Counted from the stretch's first letter, positions 1 through 10,998 are shown. The stretch: DNA of 64,000 nt from Vitrella brassicaformis CCMP3155 (GCA_001179505.1 CDMY01000219.1:62001-126000), one strand, 5' to 3'. Made by a program: numbers and translations. The notes: generated from the letters alone by a model not told the origin.

Positions 1-133
1 GGCATCGACGCCGCATGCAGTGAGAAGGAGGTGCCCATAGGGAAGAGATAATTGACAGATGGCATCCATGCACTCGCTTGTCCAAATCGCCTCCATGAAT
101 CTATCCATATATGCCTATGCACAAAGGGCACGC

Positions 134-2076
134 TCACTCATCCGATGAGCACACCCCAGCCCCGTCCGTCGCCCCAACACCACGCCATGACTGCCTCCCG
201 CCCCTCAAACACAGGCTAGCAGCCCGCACCAATGCAACAGACAAACGAGCACGCAGCCACCCATGCACCCGCCCTCGCCCCCTATCTGACCACCCCTGCC
301 TCGTCAACAGCTGCTCAGTCAAGCGGGTGAAGAAGTGCTCCGCCTCCCTCCCCCACACCCCATCGACGGTGACGACCAGAGGGGTGAAGGTCATGGACAG
401 GTCCTCGCAGACGCGCACTTGCTTGTTCTTCTTTCTGCGCTCGTGCGTCGCCAGGATGAATCGCGTGGGGCGGTTGCCGTAAGAGGGAGCATCAGCGTTA
501 GTAACGCACATGTCGAACGATGCATCCCTCTGGCGGTCCCACACACCTCGGATCACCAGGTCCGTCCTGACCCCCTCCCTCCCCTGCCCATCCCCCTCCT
601 TCAACACCACCTCCTTGTGGACGCTCCCTGCCCCAAAGGCCATCCTGCCGACGTCGCCGATCACGTCCCGCAGCTCGTTGTGCCGCTGTATCACCAGCCC
701 GCCCTTCGCGCAGTCCAGGGCATGGGTGAGGGTGAAGGCGGAACCACACCCTGGGCAGCTGGAGGGGAGGTTGGATGGGCGATAGCCGTAGCGAACCGCC
801 AGGCCGTCCCGAAAAGCATCGCCGCTGAGGTCGGTCTGGTCGCTGCATGACGGCATGGCCGTGAGCCACGCGTGCGTCTTGGCCTCCTGCGCGCGCCGAG
901 CAGCTCGTTGGCGTCCTGGGGGAAGGCGGGCGACACCGTCGTCGAAGCGCTCCTTGGCCTGTGCGTCCGCCCGCCTCTTCCCCTCGTGAATGGCCGTGTG
1001 CATCTGAAGGCGGTGGATGAACGGGTCGAAGGGCTGGTCTGGGTGGGTGCCATGCTGAATGGCGGTGGTGAGCACGTTGGTGCCCTGGACGGACGTCTCG
1101 TACGCCTCAGCGACCCGCTCGGTCGGGTCGCGCACCCCCGTGCCGCCATGCCGCGCCGGCAGCAGCATGACCGCGGCCTCGGCATCGTCGACGGACTTGC
1201 CGCAGAGGCCGGGCAGGTACGTCGTGGCGAGTAGGTGGCGAAGAGGCTCGAAGGTCTCCTTCTCCTCGGGGATGACGCGCATGACGAAGTCCCACTCGGC
1301 CTGCAGCGACTTGGTCATGACGGCGTGGGCCTGCTGCGGGCGCTTGGTCGCGGCTCGTGCGACGTCCCTGATGCACTCCTCCCACCGCTCCACCTTCTGC
1401 TGCACGTACGCATGGCGGCCCTCCCTTGTGCCGACGTAGCCGCCCAGGTACCGGCTCCCTGTCGTAATGGTCAGCCCCTCCACCCCCTCAAACACCTCCC
1501 GCGCCCTTTCCTCCAACCCCTCTCGCACCACCAAGATGGACTTGTGTGAGTTGGGAAAGTAGCCGTACGGCGGCCCCCTCTCACCAAGCCCGTCCCACCA
1601 CTCCCTCGCCCGCTCGAGGGAGCTGCACTTAGACGAGTCGTCCGCGAACCACACCTGTGGCCCCTGCTCTGCTGGCTCCTTGAGGCTGCGGATGAGTGGC
1701 AGGGTGCCGGCGGCATACATCTGCATGGCCATCGGATCGCCCTGAGTGGTCCCCTCCTGACTCCACAGCGGCTCCTTCTCGCCCCTCAGGTAGAGCGCAG
1801 CGTGGCCCTGGTAGGTGTTGAACAGGAACCGGGACGCACGTGGCCACAGTTGCCGGGCATTCCAGAGCGCTGCAGGGCGACTGAGGGTGTTGAAGGCGTT
1901 CGTCGCGTCCCCCAGCAGCACACACTCCGCCTCCCCCTCACCACAATCAAACAGGCCGCTCACAGCGTGAATCGCCGCCTCTACGCCCCCCTTCTGGCCG
2001 GCACACAGCTGGTCCTCGCCGCACTCTCTCTCCAAATCAAATGCGGTCTCCATGCTCATCGCCTTGCCCATTGCCT
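134..2076 (-). mobile_element. 5'-truncated non-LTR retrotransposon with RT, CCHC zinc knuckle and restriction-like endonuclease (CRE-like clade)
   Basis: Uninterrupted 645-aa intronless ORF. RT motifs: LGDATNAFNTLSR, QGTTQGDPMAM, FADD, RYLGGYVG. Knuckle: CPGCG-x5-HALDC. Endonuclease: RHNELRD, RTDLVI, FDMCVT, RRKKNK. The ORF starts mid-RT (GKAM...QLCAGQKGGVEAAIHA) right after an in-frame TAG belonging to unrelated flanking sequence. No poly(A) tail or target-site duplication is visible in 1-133. Confidence 0.9.
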
Positions 2077-2352
2077 AAAAGATTGATTTGGTAAGCAAGT
2101 TCGAATTCCGTCAATTTAGTGCCAAAGTCCAAGGGCCGGAGCACCGAATTGCCGCAGGGCGTTGTCGTCCTCACATCTGGGCACCAAGGCACGAAGACGA
2201 CAATCAATCTCAGCGCTCTCGCTTGCCGACGTCGTACCGGTGAAGCGGACTGCCTGCAGAGCCCGGCCTTGGTCTTGTGCTGCTTTGGACTTCTCACCGT
2301 GCACGGCTGTAGTCAAGGCGAAGGCCACGATGAGGCCCATCATCATCTTCAT
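2077..2352 (-). pseudogene. 5' part of a secreted-protein gene interrupted by the retrotransposon
   Basis: ATG at 2352 gives the signal peptide MKMMMGLIVAFALTTAVHG. A phase-1 intron (gtacga...gcccag) joins to exon 2 (DVRTTTPCGNSVLRPLDFGTKLTEFELAYQINLL), which runs straight into the retroelement. Confidence 0.55.
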
Positions 2353-2571
2353 TGCAGGAGCCTCAGGGCCCGGCTGTGTCCTTCTGCATGCATGCAACGC
2401 GGCCCCCACGCGATCTTCCCCCAGTCTCGGAGGCCGACCCTGCAGTGTCCTTTGGGTATGTAGGAGTGTACACGGCAGTGCAGTGCAGTGGTCCCAGTGC
2501 ACACCGCATACACACCTGTATCTATAGATAGTAGACTGACTCGTGGATGTATGATGTGATGTGTGTGGGTA

Positions 2572-3081
2572 CAGTCCGGACCGGATAACTGGGTCACGTC
2601 CCAAAGAGACTCAAATCAGCCATCCAAACCAACCATTCATGGCTCAAAATGACCGCAAGACGATGAAGCACACCTCTGTGAAAGAGCGGACCGATGAAAG
2701 AGTGATTCCATGGAGAAATACAGACATTTTGATGGTGATTTGCGACGAAAAGGCGACTTTGCTTGGCGAGGTTGAGTCTTTGCGTGGCGTGTGTGGAGAT
2801 CAACGATGAATCAAACATTCGGAGACATCCAAGGGCTCTCGCAGCCATCCAAGGACTGATTGAATGAATGAGAGAACAGACAGGTTTTTCGTCGTTTTGA
2901 GTGACTTTGAGCGAGAAAAAAAGAGTCAAGGGGCTTCTGAGAGGCTCTGTGATTCATTCACAGCAAGAAATCACTCCAAAAGTCGCTGGAAAACAAGTGG
3001 GTCAGCTCTGTAGTACGTATAAGCGGGTCAGACGCGTAAGTGGGCCAGCTATGTACTGACCCACTTACGCGGTCCGGACTG
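2572..3081. mobile_element. Non-autonomous Tc1/mariner-type DNA transposon (MITE, about 510 bp)
   Basis: TA|CAGTCCGGACCG at 2570-2583 and CGGTCCGGACTG|TA at 3070-3083 form a perfect 12-bp terminal inverted repeat flanked by TA, extending imperfectly (taa.tgggtca). The subterminal motif AAG(T/C)GGG(T/C)CAG occurs three times at about 2994-3047. The interior is AT-richer than the flanks and has no transposase ORF. Confidence 0.75.
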
Positions 3082-3272
3082 TATGTCTCTGAGAAACAAC
3101 CAATCCACGCAGCAGCCAGGCTCCAGCGCACACGCACGAGGGCACACACGCAATGCAGCCATCCGCCCCACCCCACCCACCCTCCCGGCCGCCCATGTGG
3201 TGTGATGGCATGTCACGCTTACCCTACCCTACCCTCATACAAATACACCTCACGGCAGAGAGCCATGAATCG

Positions 3273-5593
3273 CTACGGAGAGACTGACGAGAGCAGAGGA
3301 GACGAGTATGCTCGGTCTTGAGTCCTGGTAAGGTCGGTCTGCTTAAAGGCGCAGCTGCATGCTGGCGGCCTGGCCCACCTCGTGCGCAGCAGCAGCGACA
3401 GACAAAGGCGGCCTCTGATTAACGCAGACGTACGAGCACCCAAAACAATCAATCTTGCACTGATCTGCAGGGTCAGACCACTCGACGTCGTTGCCTGTTC
3501 GATCTGCTCTTGAGTTGCGCACTTACGTAATTGGCATCTTCTCTGTCTCTGTCTCTGTCCTGCAGATTTCTCCGCAGGCCACATGCGCGGACACTCGTCA
3601 CGTAGCTTTGAATCTCTATGATTACTCCTTTACCTCGGAGGTGCCCGTCAGCAGCATCCGAGAGGTGGACATTACCGGCGAGACACGACAGAAGCGTCGC
3701 CAGCCGCAGCTCTCCCCAAGCGCAAGCTCGGTGAGACACCAGACATCGGCTGTTCCCTTTATCCTTTTCCCTGCTTGCATTTCATAAGTGCAGCAAAGAG
3801 CTCATCGCGGTGGAAGGAGTACCGCAGGCAGGAAGCGTGGACGCCTTGGCAAGTCTCAAGAGGAGATAGCCAAGGCACCGTCTCAAGAGAGAGATCAGAT
3901 ATAGAGGAAGGAGGCGCAGGCCTGGTGATGAGACTGTCTCTCTGACTGATTGACTGACTTGAGGCGGCTGACTGGTCGGAGGGGTCGCAGGCAAACTGCA
4001 TTATCGAGATGGGCTGTAATGGATAGGCTGATGAATAGACGTTCCAGCTTATGCGGCAAGGAATGCGCGCAGACACGTGGACCACAGTGCCCCCATGTCT
4101 CAATCGGCTTGCCATGACCAGCTCAGCTTGGCACGGCTCAAGTAGCAGAGCTTCATAGCTCCAATGCATCGTCACCTTGCACGAAACGGGAAAAATCATT
4201 ATATCAGAAGACGTCATGCATTCATCCACAAGTCAGTGTCTCCTCTCATTTTGGTGTCTCCTGTGTCGACCACTCAGTGACTCGGCAGAGGGCCAAACCC
4301 ATTCCCTATGGATGCTCTCGGTCATGACAACATGAGAGACAGCAGCACCAGCCTCACTCCGGTCTCCTCCATCACAGGACGAGGTCTCTCGATTGCCCTC
4401 GGGGATGGTGCTGAGCACACGGCAGGACCTGGCGACATCTGAGGGATGGACCAGCAGCTGTGTCTCGCCACTCCGCTCAGCTCTAGTGGTAGTGGTGTTA
4501 TTTGCAGGTGTGCCGCCGACTAGAGGGCGAAAGATTCGTGGATCTCTCCATGGATAGTACCCTTGCAAGACGATTATCAGGCAGCTGCGTGAGACGGACG
4601 AACAGAGAAACCGTATGGAATGGACACGCCTCAGTGCACCCTTTTTTCACCTGAAGATCCCCTCGGCCACTTGAACCCCTAGACATGTCCACAGCATGAT
4701 GATGGCGAAAAGCCACGTCTCGCAGACACTCCGATGCCACCAGTCGGCAGACTCGGCTTCCAGCGCGTTCGGCCGCGATATCCCCGCAATGATCCGCAGA
4801 AAGGCATGAAATGAGTCTCCCAGATAATGGGAGACAATGGCACAGAAGAGCACAACCTGCATGTAGACACACAGAAGCGGAACAGCCTGGGGTCTCTATC
4901 ATCGTTGGCCTGTTGTTTGAGAGTTCTTACACATGAGACAGGCATGCCAACGAACGAATCGGCCATGGTGACGCATTTGTGTCGGTAGTAGGAGCCGTAC
5001 AGCCCCAGTGTCGCGTTAAAACACCCAAGGGCCTGATCATATTCATGCAGCAAAACCACCGTCTTCTCTGTCTTCTCTGCCCTCTTATCGATAGTTTAGT
5101 GACTGTCTCTCACCGCAGGGAGCCACAGAAACGCTGACAGTCGGAGAAACGAGAAGCGGTGCTCCCAGCGCTCATCGGCTCGCAGATCATCATACCCAGT
5201 GATGCCCCCTGCCACACACAAGCCACGTACAAACGTCATGAGGGCCCCCAGCCCCAAATGACTGGAGGTCGTGTCTGTGTGTGACTCACTGTCAAGCATG
5301 TGTTACCGTATTTTGAAAAGACAACGGCCCCGGCGACTCCCAGGACGCCAAACAACCCCAGCCTCAAACAATTGAGCACGAACAACGAGCGCAGTGACAG
5401 CAGGGCCCTGCGGGTGGGACGGAGGAACGGAGGAAACGACGAGGACAGAATCATCGTGCATGCATGAGTGTTCTGAGGAGCTGCTTGTGACCCTTCCCGA
5501 TGAGCACTGCCTTCCGAAAATGCGAGCTGTGTGGCGTTCCCTTGAAACCCCTCCTGCTGCGGCGTTGCCCTGTGGTGGCAAGAAAAGAATCAT
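3273..5593 (-). CDS. Multi-exon hypothetical protein with several predicted N-terminal TM helices
   Basis: The exons join in phase through GT-AG introns (...CLFKIR|HLGLGALMTF...LWLPA|TVVLLHEY...VSC|VVLFCAIV...GIFS|CLIIVLQGYYPW...; last exon ISARLIVLG...SVSP* ending at 3273). The start is uncertain (ATG 5593 or 5463). No family recognised. Confidence 0.6.
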
Positions 5594-6517
5594 ATGCAGC
5601 TGAATTCATTCAGAGTTCTCCGCCTTCCCTTCACGACATCCTCATCCTCCCTCTACCGAGAGGTCTATGTGAAGCAGCACGACGACCGATCCGGCACTTC
5701 AGCCTCTCTCCCGGCAGACAGGACCCTTTTCGTCGCTTTATTGGATCCATTCGTAACCGAGGCGGCACTGGAAAGGTGCTTCAGCGCTTTCGGCGACGTG
5801 GAGTCTGTGCGCGTCAAGCTGACGGACAAGGGCAGCAAGGGCACTCTCGGCAAGGAAGAGGACGGCAGATCGGTGGCCCTCCTGGCACACATCGTCTTCG
5901 AGGAGCCTCAGGGCGTCCAGGCAGTGCTGGCCAACGCGACCCATTGCTCATCTGACGACCGCGAAGGAGGTGGACAAGTGCCTCATGATCATGAGATGGT
6001 CGTCCTGGGTCTCCCAGAGAGCTCAGTGGCCGGCTGGATCGTGTCTGCTTTCGCCGCGTATCGTGACCCGAGATCCCTGCAAAAGGAGGTGGACACCTAC
6101 ATGGATGAGTACGACATACAGAAGGAGGCCGAGCGGCTGATGCAGAATGGGGACGAGACTATCACAGACGAGGAGGGCTTCACGCTCGTCAGGGGCAGGA
6201 GCGTCAAGGCGCCAGACGGCACTGTCATCCACAAGGCCAAATCGAGCGCACCACAGCCGGCCGTCGGCAGGGGCGGCAGCTTATTTCAGCGGGCGCTGGG
6301 TCCCACAGCGTCGGCGACGAGCGGTGAGGGCTCGCGCAAGAGTGCAGTCAAGAAGCGGAAGAAGCGGGAACGGCGGGAAGAGGCGATGGACTTCTATCGC
6401 TTCCAGATGAGGGAAAAGCGAAGGACCGAGCTGGCCGATGCGCGGCGGCAGAAGGAGGCAGATGTGAGCAAGATAGAGGGCATGAGAAAGGCCAAGAGAT
6501 TCAAGATCACAGAATGA
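5594..6517 (+). CDS. RRP7: Ribosomal RNA-processing protein 7 (RRM plus RRP7 C-terminal domain)
   Basis: N-terminal RRM-like region (RTLFVALLDPFVTEAALERCFSAFGDVESV), DEEGFTLV motif, and the C-terminal DFYRFQMREKRR...KIEGMRKAKRFK typical of RRP7. Confidence 0.9.
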   Translation: MQLNSFRVLRLPFTTSSSSLYREVYVKQHDDRSGTSASLPADRTLFVALLDPFVTEAALERCFSAFGDVESVRVKLTDKGSKGTLGKEEDGRSVALLAHIVFEEPQGVQAVLANATHCSSDDREGGGQVPHDHEMVVLGLPESSVAGWIVSAFAAYRDPRSLQKEVDTYMDEYDIQKEAERLMQNGDETITDEEGFTLVRGRSVKAPDGTVIHKAKSSAPQPAVGRGGSLFQRALGPTASATSGEGSRKSAVKKRKKRERREEAMDFYRFQMREKRRTELADARRQKEADVSKIEGMRKAKRFKITE

Positions 6518-6724
6518 GTGGATGGATGGGCGCATTCATGCGAGACTCACTCATTCAGTAGGTCAGTCAGTCGCCAGCGTCTAGGTCCATTCCATGTGAC
6601 TCTTTTGCTCGAACAATTGCATAGCTTGTGTCGATGAAATCAGTCAGATGTCCGTCGCTTATCTCGCTGGATCCGCGATCGTATGTGGGGGCGCCCAGGG
6701 CCCCAGCCCGTTTCACGCTCCCCG

Positions 6725-7060
6725 ATGAAAGCCCTGCCGCTTCTTGTCTTCGCGATGCTGTTGCTCCATCAGCCCTTTGCAGTCAGCCGGCTGAGTGATG
6801 TGGGCCAGCAGCTCCTGCACCAGCTTGCAATGAACCAGACGTCGAAAGCTGGATCCGACCTCCCCGGCGAAAGTAGGCAGGCACGGATGGAAAGGCGAAG
6901 GTGAGGAGCCCCATGGTGCCTGTGTGTGTGTACGTCAGGTTGCGATGGGAAGCTCGTGTGCCACGGTAGCTGCCGGAAGCTTCCGACGCGGAAGTGTCTG
7001 CCATCAACGAAATCTCCCTTCAAGTGCAGGCAAGTCTCCCCAGGTGGCTCTCATCATTGA
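6725..7060 (+). CDS. Small secreted prepro-peptide with a cationic Cys-rich C-terminus (89 aa, 2 exons)
   Basis: Exon 1 (6725-6872) encodes the signal peptide MKALPLLVFAMLLLHQPFAVS plus a pro-like region. Intron 6873-6938 (gtaggc...gtcag). Exon 2 (6939-7060) gives S-CDGKLVCHGSCRKLPTRKCLPSTKSPFKCRQVSPGGSHH* with GC3-rich codons. An alternative donor at 6901 would give a different short C-terminus. Confidence 0.6.
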
Positions 7061-7621
7061 ATCGATTGCTGCCCCAATGTAATCCAAATCTGTGCAGCTG
7101 CAAGTTTGTGGGGCTGGCCCTGGCGCAGGCCAAGAAGTGAAACAATCGATGAACCAGATGACGACCTCACTGCGCACTCAACGGCCGTGACGCGTGCATG
7201 TTTGCTGACGCTCGCCTTTCTGTCTGAATCGTCATGCGTCGATGTCCACAGTATCATTGGTCGCCATGATTCTCCCGCCCGCCCATGTGGGCGTCCCGAA
7301 GACGCAGCCAACACGGACAGAAATGCGGGAGGCACATTTCTGCCCGGATCAGCCACGCCTTCCAGACGCACACATAGGCAGGGCAGCCAGTCGAATGAAG
7401 AGCTCTCTCAAAGTTGAACGAGCAGCACAGCACGCACAGTACGGAACAATGTGTTCAGACAGACAGTCCACCTCAAGCAAGCCTTGTCTTCTGCCCGTGC
7501 ATCCAATCACAGCCATCTCCCGCGTGCACACCCGCCGAACGATGGCACATGCAGTGAGCAATGTCGCTCACTCCCGCGCATCGGTCGACCTGAGCCCACG
7601 CTGTGGACATGGCTACACATG

Positions 7622-7921
7622 NNNNNNNNNNNNNNNNNNNNNNNNNNNNNNNNNNNNNNNNNNNNNNNNNNNNNNNNNNNNNNNNNNNNNNNNNNNNNNN
7701 NNNNNNNNNNNNNNNNNNNNNNNNNNNNNNNNNNNNNNNNNNNNNNNNNNNNNNNNNNNNNNNNNNNNNNNNNNNNNNNNNNNNNNNNNNNNNNNNNNNN
7801 NNNNNNNNNNNNNNNNNNNNNNNNNNNNNNNNNNNNNNNNNNNNNNNNNNNNNNNNNNNNNNNNNNNNNNNNNNNNNNNNNNNNNNNNNNNNNNNNNNNN
7901 NNNNNNNNNNNNNNNNNNNNN
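7622..7921. other. Assembly gap (300 N)
   Basis: Run of N. Confidence 1.
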
Positions 7922-9168
7922 CGATACCGACGCATTCATTCGTGTGCCCATGTATGTATGTGTGTGTCAGATTACGTGTTGAGCTTGGTTGAGTTTGAGG
8001 CGCTGATGCACCCCAGCAAGGATGAAGACCTCATGAAACTCGAACTGGACGAAATACTCAACGTGAGCGACCGACCGACCGAAAGCACAGATGCAGCGAC
8101 ACAAAGGCGCACTTGGTTGTTTCCTCTATGCAGGCACAAGATAAGGACTATGACAGGAAAATCAGCTGGGAGGAATTCAGGAGCGACCAGGGTCGGCCAA
8201 GCAAGGCAGTTTTTCGCCCGTGTGCAGGATGTTGCATGTTCCCTCTCTGTCTGTCTCCCCGGCGAAAGTAGGCAGGCACGGATGGAAAGGCGAAGGTGAG
8301 GAGCCCCATGGTGCCTGTGTGTGTGTACGTCAGGTTGCGATGGGAAGCTCGTGTGCCACGGTAGCTGCCGGAAGCTTCCGACGCGGAAGTGTCTGCCATC
8401 AACGAAATTTCCCTTCAAGTGCAGGCAAGTCTCCCCAGGTGGCTCTCATCATTGAATCGATTGCTGCCCCAATGTAATCCAAATCTGTGCAGCTGCAAGT
8501 TTGTGGGGCTGGCCCTGGCGCAGGCCAAGAAGTGAAACAATCGATGAACCAGATGACGACCTCACTGCGCACTCAACGGCCGTGACGCGTGCATGTTTGC
8601 TGACGCTCGCCTTTCTGTCTGAATCGTCATGCGTCGATGTCCACAGTATCATTGGTCGCCATGATTCTCCCGCCCGCCCATGTGGGCGTCCCGAAGACGC
8701 AGCCAACACGGACAGAAATGCGGGAGGCACATTTCTGCCCGGATCAGCCACGCCTTCCAGACGCACACATAGGCAGGGCAGCCAGTCGAATGAAGAGCTC
8801 TCTCAAAGTTGAACGAGCAGCACAGCACGCACAGTACGGAACAATGTGTTCAGACAGACAGTCCACCTCAAGCAAGCCTTGTCTTCTGCCCGTGCATCCA
8901 ATCACAGCCATCTCCCGCGTGCACACCCGCCGAACGATGGCACATGCAGTGAGCAATGTCGCTCACTCCCGCGCATCGGTCGACCTGAGCCCACGCTGTG
9001 GACATGGCTGCACATGAATCACACGGACAAGATAGGAAACCCAGTCGATTCCCCCTCTCTCACCCACCCAGGTAGTAACTTACGTGACGCCTAATTGCGT
9101 CATGACACTCCCAAGACAAGACCAACACAAACCGGGCCTGCCCTCCCTCCCTCCCTCACCGGCCGCTT

Positions 9169-9525
9169 TCATTTGGCCTCAATCTTTTTGTCTCCCTCCC
9201 CAATCGCCTTCCCCCCCTCGGGCAGCGCCTTGCCTGCGAGGCTGCCATACGGCCCCGACGCAGGCTGAGTGAGCGACAGCGTCTTGGTGTGGAGGAACTC
9301 GAGATCTGCGTCGAGGACCTCGGGGTTCTGCGCGACGGTGGGGATGAGGGCCTCCCTCAGCAGCAGGTGTGTCTGGCAGTCGTACTTCTCCCAGGCGTGC
9401 TGCAGGGTGAAGTTGGTGTAGCGTGAGAGGGGCTCGGCGGTGGGAGGGGCGGCTCTGTGCTTCTGGAAGGCGCGCTGCCACCGAAAAATGTGAGCGAACT
9501 CCTTGGCCAGCTCCTTGCCTGCCAT
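9169..9525 (-). CDS. Hypothetical 118-aa protein (probable 5'-UTR intron upstream)
   Basis: ORF MAGKELAKEFAHIFRWQRAFQKHR...KKIEAK* with strong GC3 bias. An acceptor (ccatgcag) lies just before the ATG and a gtgag donor lies near 9604. Confidence 0.65.
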   Translation of the reverse strand: MAGKELAKEFAHIFRWQRAFQKHRAAPPTAEPLSRYTNFTLQHAWEKYDCQTHLLLREALIPTVAQNPEVLDADLEFLHTKTLSLTQPASGPYGSLAGKALPEGGKAIGEGDKKIEAK

Positions 9526-9710
9526 CTCTGCATGGAACGAACGACACACACTAGAGCTCAGGCGGGTGTGCTCTGCAGGGGAGATCTCACCCCTCCCTTC
9601 TCACCTGAAGATCTGAGCTCCCTTCAGCCGGTCAAAACCATTTGATTGACTTCCAGTGGTTCCCGCAGCGAAGCTCGCGCCGCTGAGAGAGGAGAAAAGA
9701 CCCTATTCCG

Positions 9711-10998
9711 ATGCCTTTTTCAAGAGCAGCGCTGCATCCAAGAGTCCGTCTGTTCGCCATCACAATCTTTCTCGTTCTGTTGCGGCCGCTGCCGGCGCAG
9801 CCGACTGGAGAAGAGGAGGATGAGTCGATGCCCTTCAACAGCGCCAGTGCGGTGCTTGGGCTCTCGTCTGACGAGCTGAAGGACAGGATAACCAAGATCT
9901 TCCCTCTGATTGACACGGACGGCGACGGCGTGCTGTCGCGGGATGAGATAGTCGAGTGGCTGAGGAGAATCAACGAGAAGGTGACGCAGCGGCAGACGCG
10001 GCTCGAATATGACGCGATTGACAAGGACAGTGACGGCAGGGTGACGCTGGCGGAGGTGCGGGAGTCCTACTACGGCGAGAATCAACACGAAGACGATGAA
10101 GCCATGGTCAGTCATAGTCGCGCAGTGCACTCATTCGTCCCCCTGCGTGTACATGGTTATCCTCGTTTGCTTTCTATCAGGCGGACGTCAAGAAGAGATT
10201 TGAAGTAGCTGACAAAGACCAGGGTGAGATTCGCCCCGCGCGCACCAACAGCGGGCCGATACCGACGCATTCATTCGTGTGCCCATGTATGTATGTGTGT
10301 GTCAGATTACGTGTTGAGCTTGGTTGAGTTTGAGGCGCTGATGCACCCCAGCAAGGATGAAGACCTCATGAAACTCGAACTGGACGAAATACTCAACGTG
10401 AGCGACCGACCGACCGAAAGCACAGATGCAGCGACACAAAGGCGCACTTGGTTGTTTCCTCTATGCAGGCACAAGATAAGGACTATGACAGGAAAATCAG
10501 CTGGGAGGAATTCAGGAGCGACCAGGGTCGGCCAAGCAAGGCAGTTTTTCGCCCGTGTGCAGGATGTTGCATGTTCCCTCTCTGTCTGTGCCTGTGTGCG
10601 TGTGTTATGTAGATGAAGATGTGAAGGTGCTTGAGGACGAGTTTCGGCAGTACGATCGCGACGGCGACCAGTACATAGACGAGGACGACATACGGGCGCT
10701 GCTCGATGACCAGGGGCCCGAAACAGTCGAAAAGGACGCAGATGAACTCATCGCAGACACGTTCGGACCAGGTCAGTGCCTGTCTGTCTGTCTGGATGGA
10801 TGGATGGATGGCACTGTCTTGTGTTGTGTTATGCTGTGTGCAGAAGCGTCATCGATCTCGCTGACGTCGCTGCTTGAGAAGCTTGACGCGGTAGTGCAAT
10901 CGAGGCTGACGGACTACGGGGAGCTCCTGCGCTTCCCTGCCGAATACGACCTCACCGTCTCGTTCGACGAACCTATCATCCAACATGACGAGCTCTGA
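9711..10998 (+). CDS. ERC: ER-resident calcium-binding protein, CREC/calumenin family (apicomplexan ERC-like)
   Basis: Six exons (9711-10106, 10181-10223, 10306-10397, 10469-10526, 10613-10771, 10844-10998). Signal peptide, several EF-hands (DTDGDGVLSRDE, DKDSDGRVTLAE, DKDYDRKISWEE, DRDGDQYIDEDD) and a C-terminal HDEL. Confidence 0.9.

Larger units (their letters stand above)
6860..10589. repeat. Tandem duplication with a 2,335-bp unit (copy 1 at 6860-8254 contains an N gap; copy 2 at 8255-10589)
   Basis: 6860-7621 matches 8255-9016 apart from 2 mismatches I could find (7014/8409, 7615/9010). 7922-8254 matches 10257-10589. The junction is at 8254/8255. The 300-N gap stands where 1,240 bp (equivalent to 9017-10256) is expected. 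Confidence 0.85.

Noticed and set aside
111-1925. Several long plus-strand and alternate-frame ORFs overlapping the retroelement
   Set aside because: Shadow ORFs of a GC-rich coding sequence; no motifs, and the minus-strand RT frame explains the region.
2095-2115. GTTCGAATTC resembling a tRNA T-loop (similar motif near 46075)
   Set aside because: No pairing T-stem or cloverleaf; both sites lie inside coding exons.
7242-8299. ORFs running through the N gap (also 48771-49286)
   Set aside because: Artefacts of translating N as X.
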